Positions 9,501 to 18,237 of a stretch of DNA of 42,824 bases are shown in pieces. Below the pieces are notes generated by a model. It had not been told where the DNA came from and did not search any database. It worked only from the letters and a program-made list of their open reading frames with translations. The position numbers and the translations under genes are program-made. The DNA comes from a virus (lineage: Duplodnaviria > Caudoviricetes): positions 1-42,824 of IMG/VR virus record IMGVR_UViG_3300021964_000151; one strand, 5' to 3'. Position 1 is the stretch's first letter. Every line of letters begins with the position of its first letter.

Positions 9501-12256
9501 AAGGTGAAGATTATGGTTATAAAGATGGTAGTAGAGCTGCGGTGTTTAATGGGACTACAAGTAGAATAGTTATCCCAAAAATTACAGACATTACAGGAGA
9601 TGTAACATATAGTACTTGGGCAAGATTAGATTCAAGTATATCTAGTTCTACTTATAGAATAAGATTTACTGAAATAAATCAAAATGGAGCCAATGGCTAT
9701 GCTGGAATTTTAAGTTTTATGTACAGGCCTTCAGATGGAGAATTTTTAATTAGAGCTGGAAATGGCACAAGTAGCCACACCAGTGTATTAACCCATACTT
9801 ATCAATTAGAAACTGAAAGATGGTATCATATAGCTGCAACTAGAAATGATACAACTAATGTAACTATATTATACATAAATGGCGTTGCAGTTGATACTGA
9901 AACAGTCAGTGTAAGTGCTTCATATCCAAGCGATGCTCAAACTTGGATTGGAGATTTATCTTATAGTTCTGGTCTTGATTATAACTGGTCTGGTGAATTT
10001 GATGAAGTAAGAATTTACAGCAAAGCATTAAACTCAACAGAAGTTGGTTATCTAGCAGATGATGATACATCTAATATTAGTACTATTAGTAACCTTGTTG
10101 CATACTATGATATGGAAGGTGATGCTAATGACGAATCTGGTTCTGCTACAACATATAATGGAAGCTTAAGTAACGTAACATTTACTCAAGATAAACCTTA
10201 TGGTAATATTGATATTGGGTTTGCTCCGGATTTGGTTTGGACTAAATCCCGTAGTAATGCATTAAACCATGCTCTTTTTGATTCAATAAGAGGCGTAACA
10301 AAAGCATTAAGACCAAATGCAGCCACCACCGAGCAAACAAGAATTGGTGTTACATCTTTTGATTCAAATGGATTTAGTATTGGTTCTGATGATGAATCCG
10401 GAGGACAAGCAGGATATGATTACGTTTCTTGGGCTTGGAAAGCAGGAGGAAAAGCCGTTGAAAACACAGATGGGACAATTACTTCACAAGTGTCAGCAAA
10501 TCAAGATGCCGGGTTTAGTATTGTGAAGTATACAGCAAATGCAACTTCTGGAGCAACTATTGGACACGGATTAGACCAAGAATTAGATTTACTTATTGTT
10601 AAGTCAACAAATTTAGGTCAGGCGTGGAATGTTTATGTAAAAGATGTAACAGATACAAACTCCAAGTATTTAAGGCTTAATGAAACTTATAGTATTGCAG
10701 ATTTAAATACTGTAAACCCAAGATTTATTCCTAACAATTTTACAGATAGTGTTTTTTCTGTTGGTAATGATAATGCAACAAATGGAATAAGTGGTACAGA
10801 TACTTATATCGCCTACTGCTTCCATTCAGTAGATGGTTTTTCTAAAATTGGCTCGTACACTGGAAATGGTTTATCTAATGGTCCATTTGTTTACACAGGA
10901 TTTAAACCTGCTTTTGTTATAATAAAAAGATCGGATTCAACTGGTAGTTGGATTATATTTGATAATGCAAGAGAAAAACAAAACCCACTTGAGGGAAGAT
11001 TATATGCTGATTTATTTAATTCAACAGATATAGCTGATTCAAGCGGAGAAATAAACTTTTTTTCAAACGGATTTAAATTAGATTCTTCTGTTACATATTC
11101 TAATGCTAATGCAGGCACTTACATCTACATGGCATTTGCTGAAGACCCAGTTAAATACTCTAACGGTGTATCTACATTAGGTGATGGTAATGAATTTATT
11201 CAAGGTGGTAATTACCCTGAAGATAATTTCACTACTACAACATACACTGGTAATGGAGGAACACAAAAAATTGTTACTGGGTATAAACCTGATTTGGTTT
11301 GGGTTAAGAAGAGAGATGGGGTACACGACCATAAGTTAGCAGATAGTGTAAGGGGTGCTACTAAAATAATAGAAACAAGTACCGATGATACTGAACTTAC
11401 TGCAGCAGGAAGTATTAATGCTTTTCATACAAATGGATTTTCAGTGGGTTCTGACAGTTCAGTTAATGGTAACAATAATAATTTTGTTGCTTGGTCATGG
11501 AAAGCTGCAGGTAATGACAACACGTATAATATACTAGAAAACGGTACTGTAACATCAAGCGCATCTGCCTCTACCTTAGGATTAGATACAGGTACAATAA
11601 CGCCAATAAAAGTTAGTGCTAATAGAGATAATGGATTTAGTATGATGAATTTTACAGGAACCGGTACGGCTGGAGATACAGTGCCTCATGGTCTTTCAAA
11701 ACCGCCTGAGTTTGTTATAGCGAAACAATATGGAGGGGCAGATGAGGATTGGTTTACATGGCACAAAGACTATGGAATAAGTGGTGGAGAATATCAATGG
11801 TTAGCATTAAATAGTACCACTACACCAGTTACATTTAATAACGAAGCTGTTTGGAATAACGTTGCTCCTTCAAACACTTTATTTACTTTAAACGGTGGAG
11901 GATCACCAAATAGAAGCGGAGATGAACATATTTATTATTCTTGGCACTCTGTCCCTGGTTATAGTAAAATAGGTTCTTATGAAGGAAAAAGTACAACTAA
12001 TTTTTTGTATTTAGGATTTGAGCCCACTTGGTTAATGGTTAAACGGATTACAAATACTACTTCTGATGGATGGATGATATATGATAATAAAAGAGGTGAT
12101 GCTGATTTAAAATTAGCTGCAAATAGTAACGGTACAGAATATTCGTCAAGGGACGATCTAGACTTTGAAGTAGATGGTGTAACTTTTAAAGGAAGTTATG
12201 GTCTTTCTAATGCAAACGGAGAAACTTACATATATATGGCATTTGCACACAGATAA
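6515..12256 (+). CDS. Giant receptor-binding/adhesin protein with four LamG (concanavalin A-like) domains, a SPRY-like domain and a duplicated C-terminal module
   Basis: Repeated LamG motifs (T/S-x-S/E-A/T-W; W-Y/H/N-H/N; LYIDG/YING; GxIxxVRIY), SPRY-like GKWYWE...FNFGQ...PPTGY, and two copies of the GFxPDLVWxKxR...YIYMAFA module. Confidence 0.8.
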   Translation: MAIRDESLGDLSLNNDIRPEIGIDANQDNVSLGDNNTQLFAAVGDGDTVTGRSMSEMGGEALFSSILPQTEAEGALGESLVYDTNSSSYTSFTPSFDGNRRTWTVSAWVKFNRTGSRETIMSQGSTSVLEVVHMTKHSDDKLRIYIERSGGEVSILGSSLILDTSGWYNIVFAFDATKSYTNDKCRIYVNGIEDTGVTISGGTFTDDDYGFNKANNAIRIGQYRYTNSYYLDGLIADFKFIDGKQLRPDSFGELVQGIWIPKAFNTATGESLVTSNLRANIQFSSDGKFTEEQGNHSISNYSVDIIKNNYGVSHYDNVNDRFILADTDNSNNIFDNGLSISAWVRVDNFASDNHAIVRNKASSAQKGINFNVGTSGRLNFGVHMQDFQNSVQADDMLKERTWHHVVGTTDGSANTNAYKLYIDGVLVATETPSTSIASIGTFTFDAAIGNRPGSYSLDNFGGQIGEIQLYTDQLTDAEVLQNYNATKHKYTYGLNGFWLPLNNTSIGSIDSSSNLKLHLDASDSSSYGGSGTTWSDLTSNNNDGTISGSPNFLSSTNGGIFDFDGSDDYVTIPHSTNLELSNNGFTAEAWIYHTDSSTNNLLDKGDNGQRVRGYNLQISGNNLDLRMHANNATTATIKILGTKTLTVNAWNHVAFTLTDLSSSAKAITYINGVKDGEDTDNMTSYLANASSDSLLIGSQSGYSQADKFDGKIAQVRIYNKTLTPQEIITNYRATQGNYEQVSTVDISGNANSFTATNIDATDHIKDEPLDNYPTFSFDQSAMTGSNCAYGNGGLTVNNTATSGSAYSRHSGPALPITGKWYWEATYTGDGSGYALFSGIVPENFWYSATGSSMRQFAASYGIYGLEDDGDFWALGTNTLDLTTLNTTDKTAGFAYDADNGDLYIYIGGVAQNSGNAVATGLSGEKKIFAQVAGSTTHSGLIFNFGQNGFTYTPPTGYLSLNTKNIPAPAFDPDGTTPDKPSNYFKAITYQGTGSTQGEDYGYKDGSRAAVFNGTTSRIVIPKITDITGDVTYSTWARLDSSISSSTYRIRFTEINQNGANGYAGILSFMYRPSDGEFLIRAGNGTSSHTSVLTHTYQLETERWYHIAATRNDTTNVTILYINGVAVDTETVSVSASYPSDAQTWIGDLSYSSGLDYNWSGEFDEVRIYSKALNSTEVGYLADDDTSNISTISNLVAYYDMEGDANDESGSATTYNGSLSNVTFTQDKPYGNIDIGFAPDLVWTKSRSNALNHALFDSIRGVTKALRPNAATTEQTRIGVTSFDSNGFSIGSDDESGGQAGYDYVSWAWKAGGKAVENTDGTITSQVSANQDAGFSIVKYTANATSGATIGHGLDQELDLLIVKSTNLGQAWNVYVKDVTDTNSKYLRLNETYSIADLNTVNPRFIPNNFTDSVFSVGNDNATNGISGTDTYIAYCFHSVDGFSKIGSYTGNGLSNGPFVYTGFKPAFVIIKRSDSTGSWIIFDNAREKQNPLEGRLYADLFNSTDIADSSGEINFFSNGFKLDSSVTYSNANAGTYIYMAFAEDPVKYSNGVSTLGDGNEFIQGGNYPEDNFTTTTYTGNGGTQKIVTGYKPDLVWVKKRDGVHDHKLADSVRGATKIIETSTDDTELTAAGSINAFHTNGFSVGSDSSVNGNNNNFVAWSWKAAGNDNTYNILENGTVTSSASASTLGLDTGTITPIKVSANRDNGFSMMNFTGTGTAGDTVPHGLSKPPEFVIAKQYGGADEDWFTWHKDYGISGGEYQWLALNSTTTPVTFNNEAVWNNVAPSNTLFTLNGGGSPNRSGDEHIYYSWHSVPGYSKIGSYEGKSTTNFLYLGFEPTWLMVKRITNTTSDGWMIYDNKRGDADLKLAANSNGTEYSSRDDLDFEVDGVTFKGSYGLSNANGETYIYMAFAHR

Positions 12257-12278
12257 AAATACGTAATAAATACTTATA

Positions 12279-12295
12279 TTAACTTAAATTTTATA
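12279..12295 (+). promoter_or_regulatory. Repeated 17-nt pre-start element, copy 2
   Basis: TTAACTTAAATTTTATA ends 2 nt before the ATG at 12298. Confidence 0.5.
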
Positions 12296-12297
12296 CA

Positions 12298-12549
12298 ATG
12301 AAAAATCAAATTAAAACTGAAGAGCTGACTAAGCTTCAAAATCTATCAACTGTGTTAAAAACAACACAAACACAATTAGGTTCAATTGAAATACAAAAAC
12401 ATACGCTTTTACATAGATATGACCTAATTAGTCAAGAGTTAAATAAATTTAAATCTGAACTACAAGAAACTTATGGTAAGATTAATATCAATATAGAAGA
12501 CGGTAGTTACGAAACAATTAAAGAAGATGAATCTAATACGGAAGATTAG
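12298..12549 (+). CDS. Small coiled-coil protein, hypothetical (possible assembly chaperone)
   Basis: 83 aa, heptad-rich helices followed by a YGKININIEDG hairpin. It is preceded by a 17-nt element also found upstream of the 1047 ORF. Confidence 0.65.
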   Translation: MKNQIKTEELTKLQNLSTVLKTTQTQLGSIEIQKHTLLHRYDLISQELNKFKSELQETYGKININIEDGSYETIKEDESNTED

Positions 12550-12745
12550 TATTGGTCGTGACTATAAGAACGATGCCATGCACTACTCAATAGGGCAAGA
12601 AGTTTTTGGAGGTCACATTATATCAGAAATACTAGAAGAAGAAAACTGCTATAAAATATATATTAAAAAGAATGATGAGGTTTTACCTTGGAAAGAGTTT
12701 AACAAGAATATGGCAGTATCAATTGAATTTAATTTAGAATATTAA
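12527..12745 (+). CDS. Conserved hypothetical phage protein
   Basis: 72-aa beta-rich ORF (IRKISIGRDYKNDAMHY) that overlaps both neighbours, as expected in an operon. Confidence 0.7.
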   Translation: MNLIRKISIGRDYKNDAMHYSIGQEVFGGHIISEILEEENCYKIYIKKNDEVLPWKEFNKNMAVSIEFNLEY

Positions 12746-13344
12746 TGAAGCATACACATGCTTATATTGTTGAACCAATTGATGGTAGATACAATAATAA
12801 GAAAGATGTTGAAGGTCAAGAATTAATATTAAATACATTGATTGAAGATCATAAGTTTGTAAATAGATCTGGTATTATAATTGAAACACCAGTTATTAAA
12901 GACGAATATGATCTACAAATAGGTGATGAAGTAATTATTCATCATAATGTATTTAGAAGATATTATGACATAAGAGGCAATGAAAAAAATAGTCATAACT
13001 ATTTTGAAGAAAATAAATACTTTTGCTTTAGTGACCAGATATTTTTATATAAAAGAGGTGGTGAATGGTACACCCCATCAGGTTTTTGTTTTGTAAAACC
13101 AATTAAAAGTACTAATGATCTATCCGAAGACAAAGAAGAGCCACTTACAGGCGTTTTAAAGCACGTAGGGAGCAACCTAAGGAACTTTGGTTTAGAAGAT
13201 GGTGATTTAGTAGGTTTTACACCAAACAGTGAGTATGAGTTCGTTATAGACGGCGAACGATTATATAGAGTACCACTTAATTCAATTTCAATTAAATATG
13301 AACGCAAAGGAACTGAAGTCGAATATAATACAAGCTGGGTATAA
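12745..13344 (+). CDS. Co-chaperonin GroES-like protein with two tandem domains
   Basis: Domain 1: YIVEP...GIIIETP...LQIGDEVIIHH...DQIF. Domain 2: CFVKP...TGVLKHVG...LEDGDLVGF...EFVIDGERLYRVPLNSI. Both follow the GroES pattern (G-x-V-x-x-V-G; V/L-x-x-G-D-x-V; IDGE-x-Y). Confidence 0.7.
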   Translation: MKHTHAYIVEPIDGRYNNKKDVEGQELILNTLIEDHKFVNRSGIIIETPVIKDEYDLQIGDEVIIHHNVFRRYYDIRGNEKNSHNYFEENKYFCFSDQIFLYKRGGEWYTPSGFCFVKPIKSTNDLSEDKEEPLTGVLKHVGSNLRNFGLEDGDLVGFTPNSEYEFVIDGERLYRVPLNSISIKYERKGTEVEYNTSWV

Positions 13345-13573
13345 AGCAGTACACGAACTTATACGGGTAGCAGAAGAAGAAATAATTGTTGAAGGTGGCG
13401 ATGATGAACTTGCCGCTGATAGATTAAAAAATGCTGCTGCAACTAAAAAACTTGCAATATTTGATGCTTTTGAAATTCTTACGCGCATAGAAGCTGAAAA
13501 GAATTTAATGGAAGATAAACCCATTGAAAAGAAAGAAGCATTTGGTGGATTTGCTGAAAGAAGATCTAGGTAA
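13298..13573 (+). CDS. Helical protein, candidate terminase small subunit
   Basis: 91 aa, all-helical, translationally coupled (TAATG) to the large terminase. The assignment rests on position only. Confidence 0.45.
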   Translation: MNAKELKSNIIQAGYKAVHELIRVAEEEIIVEGGDDELAADRLKNAAATKKLAIFDAFEILTRIEAEKNLMEDKPIEKKEAFGGFAERRSR

Positions 13574-15780
13574 TGTACGAACAGACATTAGTTAAAACTG
13601 TAACACCAGTTAAACCTAATATAATCAAAAGATTAAATAGGTATAATAAATGGAATTATGGTTATAATAAAGAACACGATATTGTTGTTATAAGTAAGAA
13701 TGGTAAGATCGGTGAGATAATAGAAATACAAGATTTGTGTATAGCATTACCGCCTGTTCCAAAAGAAATTGATAATAACAATAACAGATGGACGCCACAT
13801 GAGTTTCCTAAAGAACTTAAAAACGTAAAAAGTATATTTGATTGGGAATCATACCCGGAGTCTTTTAAAAACAAATGGTATGCATATATTGATAGAGAAT
13901 TTACCAGACGCGAAGAAGGTTATTGGTTTATTAACAAGAATATACCTACTTTTATTACTGGTTCTCATTATATGTACCTGCAGCACACCAAAATTGATGT
14001 TGGGAAACCAGATTATAGAGAAGCAAACAGATTATTCTTTATATTCTGGGAGGCTTGCAAGGCAGATAAAAGGTGTTACGGAATGTGCTACCTCAAAAAT
14101 AGACGGTCTGGATTTAGCTTTATGTCATCAGCAGAAACTGTTAACCAAGCTACAATTACATCAGATGCCAGATTTGGAATATTATCTAAGTCCGGTGCAG
14201 ACGCAAAAAAAATGTTTACAGACAAAGTGGTACCTATATCCGTCAACTACCCGTTCTTTTTTAAACCGATACAAGACGGGATGGACAGACCAAAATCAGA
14301 ATTGGCATATAGGGTACCAGCATCCAAACTCACAAAAAAATCGATTACGGAAACAAGTGAAAAACAAATACTCGAGGGGCTTGATACAACAATAGACTGG
14401 AAGAATACAGGTGATAACAGCTATGATGGTGAGAAACTTAAGCTATTAGTACATGATGAATCAGGCAAGTGGGAGAGGCCTGATAATATATTAAACAACT
14501 GGAGGGTAACAAAAACAACGCTGCGTCTAGGTAGCAGAATTATAGGAAAGTGTATGATGGGATCAACATCCAATGCATTAGAAAAAGGTGGGGATAACTT
14601 CAAAAAACTTTATTATGACTCAGACGTTACAAGACGCAACAAAAATGGACAGACTAGCTCGGGATTATATAGTTTGTTCATACCTATGGAATGGAACTAC
14701 GAAGGATACATTGATTCTTTTGGATACCCTGTCTTTGATACTCCAGAAGAATCCATCCTTGGAAATGATGAAGACTATATCGATACCGGAGTCGTAGAAT
14801 TTTGGGAAAATGAAGTAGATGGATTAAAACATGACAGTGACGGTTTAAATGAATATTATCGTCAATTCCCTCGCACTGAAGAGCATGCGTTTAGGGATGA
14901 AGCTAAAAATAGTATATTTAATTTAAGTAAAATATACGAGCAGATTGATTTTAACGAATCTGCTATTCGTGATGGCTTAGTAACAAAAGGATCATTTAGT
15001 TGGGAAAACGGTATTAAAGATAGCAGAGTAATATTTTCACCTAATCCATCAGGTAGGTTTTTGGTTAGCTGGACCCCTCCTAAAAACCTAGAAAACAATG
15101 TAATAATAAAAAATGGAATGAAATATCCTGGTAATGAGCATATGGGCGCATTTGGGTGTGACTCGTATGATATATCAGGAACAACAGACGGAGTAGGTTC
15201 TAAAGGCTCATTACATGGCCTTACTAAATTTAGCATGGAAGATGCCCCGCCTAATACATTTTTTTTAGAATACGTGGCAAGACCTCAAACTGCTGAAATA
15301 TTTTTTGAGGATGTATTAATGGCTATCATATATTATGGTATGCCAATATTAGCAGAAAATAACAAACCTAGATTGTTATATCATTTAAAACGAAGAGGTT
15401 ATAGAGGATTTTCAATGAATAGACCTGATAAAATTTGGAATAAATTATCTGTAACAGAAAAAGAAATAGGCGGAATACCTAACACATCTGAAGATATAAA
15501 GCAAGCTCACGCTGCAGCAATTGAAACATATATAGATAAATATGTTGGTTATAATGAGGAGGGTAGCGGTAATATATATTTTAATAGAACATTAAATGAT
15601 TGGGCAAGGTTTGATATAAACAAAAGAACAAAATATGACGCAACTATTAGCTCTGGGCTCGCTATCATGGCTTGCAATAGGCATTTATATCATCCGAAAC
15701 CGAAGTATGAAAAACAATCATTAGGAATACAAATAAAAAGATTTAATAATAAAGGAATGCATTCGCAAATAATTAAATAG
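13573..15780 (+). CDS. terL: Terminase large subunit
   Basis: Deviant Walker A YLKNRRSGFS, Walker B LLVHDESGKW, motif III MGST, RQFPRTEEHAF linker, RNase H-like nuclease acidic motifs (FGCDSYD, LAENN, YDATISSG). It lies directly upstream of the portal. Confidence 0.92.
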   Translation: MYEQTLVKTVTPVKPNIIKRLNRYNKWNYGYNKEHDIVVISKNGKIGEIIEIQDLCIALPPVPKEIDNNNNRWTPHEFPKELKNVKSIFDWESYPESFKNKWYAYIDREFTRREEGYWFINKNIPTFITGSHYMYLQHTKIDVGKPDYREANRLFFIFWEACKADKRCYGMCYLKNRRSGFSFMSSAETVNQATITSDARFGILSKSGADAKKMFTDKVVPISVNYPFFFKPIQDGMDRPKSELAYRVPASKLTKKSITETSEKQILEGLDTTIDWKNTGDNSYDGEKLKLLVHDESGKWERPDNILNNWRVTKTTLRLGSRIIGKCMMGSTSNALEKGGDNFKKLYYDSDVTRRNKNGQTSSGLYSLFIPMEWNYEGYIDSFGYPVFDTPEESILGNDEDYIDTGVVEFWENEVDGLKHDSDGLNEYYRQFPRTEEHAFRDEAKNSIFNLSKIYEQIDFNESAIRDGLVTKGSFSWENGIKDSRVIFSPNPSGRFLVSWTPPKNLENNVIIKNGMKYPGNEHMGAFGCDSYDISGTTDGVGSKGSLHGLTKFSMEDAPPNTFFLEYVARPQTAEIFFEDVLMAIIYYGMPILAENNKPRLLYHLKRRGYRGFSMNRPDKIWNKLSVTEKEIGGIPNTSEDIKQAHAAAIETYIDKYVGYNEEGSGNIYFNRTLNDWARFDINKRTKYDATISSGLAIMACNRHLYHPKPKYEKQSLGIQIKRFNNKGMHSQIIK

Positions 15781-15781
15781 C

Positions 15782-18205
15782 ATGGCTGAAACAATTTTAA
15801 AAAGTTCATTTCCAAGTCAAATAGCAAGCGATGCTGAGAAGGCTAGTTTAGAATATGGATTAAAAGTAGCTCGTGCTATTGAACACGAATGGTTTAAAAG
15901 AGACTCTGGTGCTACGCGTTTTTATTCTAATAGAGATGAATATCATAGACTCAGACTATATGCTAGAGGTGAGCAGTCTGTAAAAAAATACAAAGATGAA
16001 TTATCAATTAATGGTGATTTGTCTTATCTTAATTTAGATTGGAAACCCGTACCAATTATTCCTAAGTTTGTAGACATTGTTGTAAATGGCATGTCAGATA
16101 GACTTTATGATATTAAAGCATTTAGCCAAGACCCGTCTTCTGTTAAACAACGTACTAAATATGTTGAATCAATAATTGCTGATATGCAAACAAAAGCAAT
16201 ATCAGATCAGATTCAAGAACAACTTGGTATTAATGTATATAATAACGACCCTGAAAAACTTCCTGAAACTGAAGAAGAATTATCATTACACATGCAGCTT
16301 GAATATAAGCAAGCAATTGAAATAGCTGAAGAACAAGCTATAAATTCTGTAATGAATGCTAATAATTATGAATTAACTCAGCGTAGAATTAATTATGATT
16401 TAGTTACAATTGGTATTGGTGCGGCTAAAAATGAATTTAATACTTCTGAAGGCATTAAAGTTAAATATGTAGATCCTGCTGATATTGTTTATTCTTATAC
16501 ATATTCACCTTATTTTGATGATATATATTATATTGGTGAAGTTAAAAGTGTAACAATCAACGAGTTAAAGCAACAATTCCCGGCATTAACAGAAGATGAT
16601 TTAAATGATTTAACTAAACAAGGCACACAAACATCTGCATCGCACAATCGTTTTATAAATGAAGATAGTGTACTTGACGCAAATACAATTCAAGTTTTAT
16701 ATTTTAATTATAAAACATATAATAATGAAGTATTTAAAGTAAAGAAAACAGCTAGCGGTGCTGATAAAGCAATTCCTAAAAGTGATCAATTTAATCCGCC
16801 AAAAGATGATAGAGCAAGATTTTCAAAAGAAGCAAGATCTATTGAGGTAGTATATGATGGAGCTTTTGTATTAGGGACAAAAAGAATACTAAAGTGGGAG
16901 TTAGCTAAAAATATGATACGCCCTAAAAGCGATACAACAAAAGTAATGTTAAATTATCATGTTGTTGCTCCTCGTATTTATAAAGGACGCATTGAGTCAC
17001 TTGTAAGCCGTATTACTGGTTTTGCTGATATGATACAGCTAACGCATTTAAAACTGCAACAAGTAATGTCAAGAATGATTCCAGATGGGGTATACCTTGA
17101 TGCTGATGGTTTAGCAGAAATTGATTTAGGTAATGGTACAAACTATAATCCGCAAGAAGCATTAAATATGTTTTTTCAAACGGGTTCTGTTATTGGTAGA
17201 TCAATGACAACAGAAGGTGATATGAATCCTGGTCGTGTACCAATTACTGAATTAACATCAAATGGCGGTAATAATAAAATAAGTTCACTTATAAGCACTT
17301 ATAATTATTATTTACAAATGATCCGTGATGTAACAGGTTTAAATGAAGCAAGAGACGGTTCAACACCTGATGCAAATGCTTTAGTGGGCGTACAAAAGCT
17401 TGCAGCTGCAAATTCAAATACAGCTACAAGACATATATTACAATCAAGTTTATATTTAACAGCAAAAACTGCTGAAGCAATTAGTTTGCGCATATCAGAT
17501 GTATTAGAGTTTTCGCCTACAAGAGATGCTTTTATATCAAGCATAGGAAGATTTAATGTTGGTACGTTAGAAGATATTAAAAATATGCACCTACATGATT
17601 TTGGTATTTTTATTGAATTAGCACCGGACGAAGAGGAAAAACAAATGCTTGAAAATAATATACAGCAAGCATTAGCCAAAGACCAAATATATCTTGAAGA
17701 TGCAATTGATATTAGAGAAATTAAAAATATTAAACTTGCTAATCAATTACTAAAAGTAAGACGTAAGAAAAAACTTGAACAAGATCAACAAGCACAGCAA
17801 CGTAATATTCAAGCCCAAGCAGATGCTAATTCACAAAATACACAAGTAGCAGCTCAAATGGAAATTCAAAAGAATGAAGCAATTACAGGGCAAAAAGTTC
17901 AACTCATTCAAATTGAAAATGATCTTGAAATGCAAAAAATGATGCAAGAAAAAGAACTTAAGAAAGAACTTATGAAATATGAGTTTGATCTTAATATAGC
18001 TCTTAAGGATAAAGAGACTGACATGCTTACTGATAAAGAAAAGTATAAAGAGGATCGTAAAGACGAAAGAACTCGTATACAAGCATCACAACAATCTAAA
18101 CTTATAGAGCAAAGAAAAGATAAAAAAGGTGAACAAGAATTTGAATCTGCTGGAAATGATACAATGGGTAGCGGATTTAATTTAGAAATGTTTGAACCTA
18201 GATAA
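15782..18205 (+). CDS. Portal protein
   Basis: 807 aa, immediately after TerL. Contains the PIIPKFVDIVVNG motif, IRDVTGLNEARDG, and a long Gln/Glu/Lys C-terminal coiled coil (barrel) as in P22/crAss-like portals. Confidence 0.85.
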   Translation: MAETILKSSFPSQIASDAEKASLEYGLKVARAIEHEWFKRDSGATRFYSNRDEYHRLRLYARGEQSVKKYKDELSINGDLSYLNLDWKPVPIIPKFVDIVVNGMSDRLYDIKAFSQDPSSVKQRTKYVESIIADMQTKAISDQIQEQLGINVYNNDPEKLPETEEELSLHMQLEYKQAIEIAEEQAINSVMNANNYELTQRRINYDLVTIGIGAAKNEFNTSEGIKVKYVDPADIVYSYTYSPYFDDIYYIGEVKSVTINELKQQFPALTEDDLNDLTKQGTQTSASHNRFINEDSVLDANTIQVLYFNYKTYNNEVFKVKKTASGADKAIPKSDQFNPPKDDRARFSKEARSIEVVYDGAFVLGTKRILKWELAKNMIRPKSDTTKVMLNYHVVAPRIYKGRIESLVSRITGFADMIQLTHLKLQQVMSRMIPDGVYLDADGLAEIDLGNGTNYNPQEALNMFFQTGSVIGRSMTTEGDMNPGRVPITELTSNGGNNKISSLISTYNYYLQMIRDVTGLNEARDGSTPDANALVGVQKLAAANSNTATRHILQSSLYLTAKTAEAISLRISDVLEFSPTRDAFISSIGRFNVGTLEDIKNMHLHDFGIFIELAPDEEEKQMLENNIQQALAKDQIYLEDAIDIREIKNIKLANQLLKVRRKKKLEQDQQAQQRNIQAQADANSQNTQVAAQMEIQKNEAITGQKVQLIQIENDLEMQKMMQEKELKKELMKYEFDLNIALKDKETDMLTDKEKYKEDRKDERTRIQASQQSKLIEQRKDKKGEQEFESAGNDTMGSGFNLEMFEPR

Positions 18206-18237
18206 TTTTTATTTAACCAATTTTATATTATTTTATT

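Noticed and set aside
10200-12256. Diversity-generating retroelement template/variable repeat pair in the adhesin
   Set aside because: The two copies differ at all base types and are both coding. There is no near-identical ~100-nt repeat with adenine-specific mismatches and no reverse transcriptase in the window.
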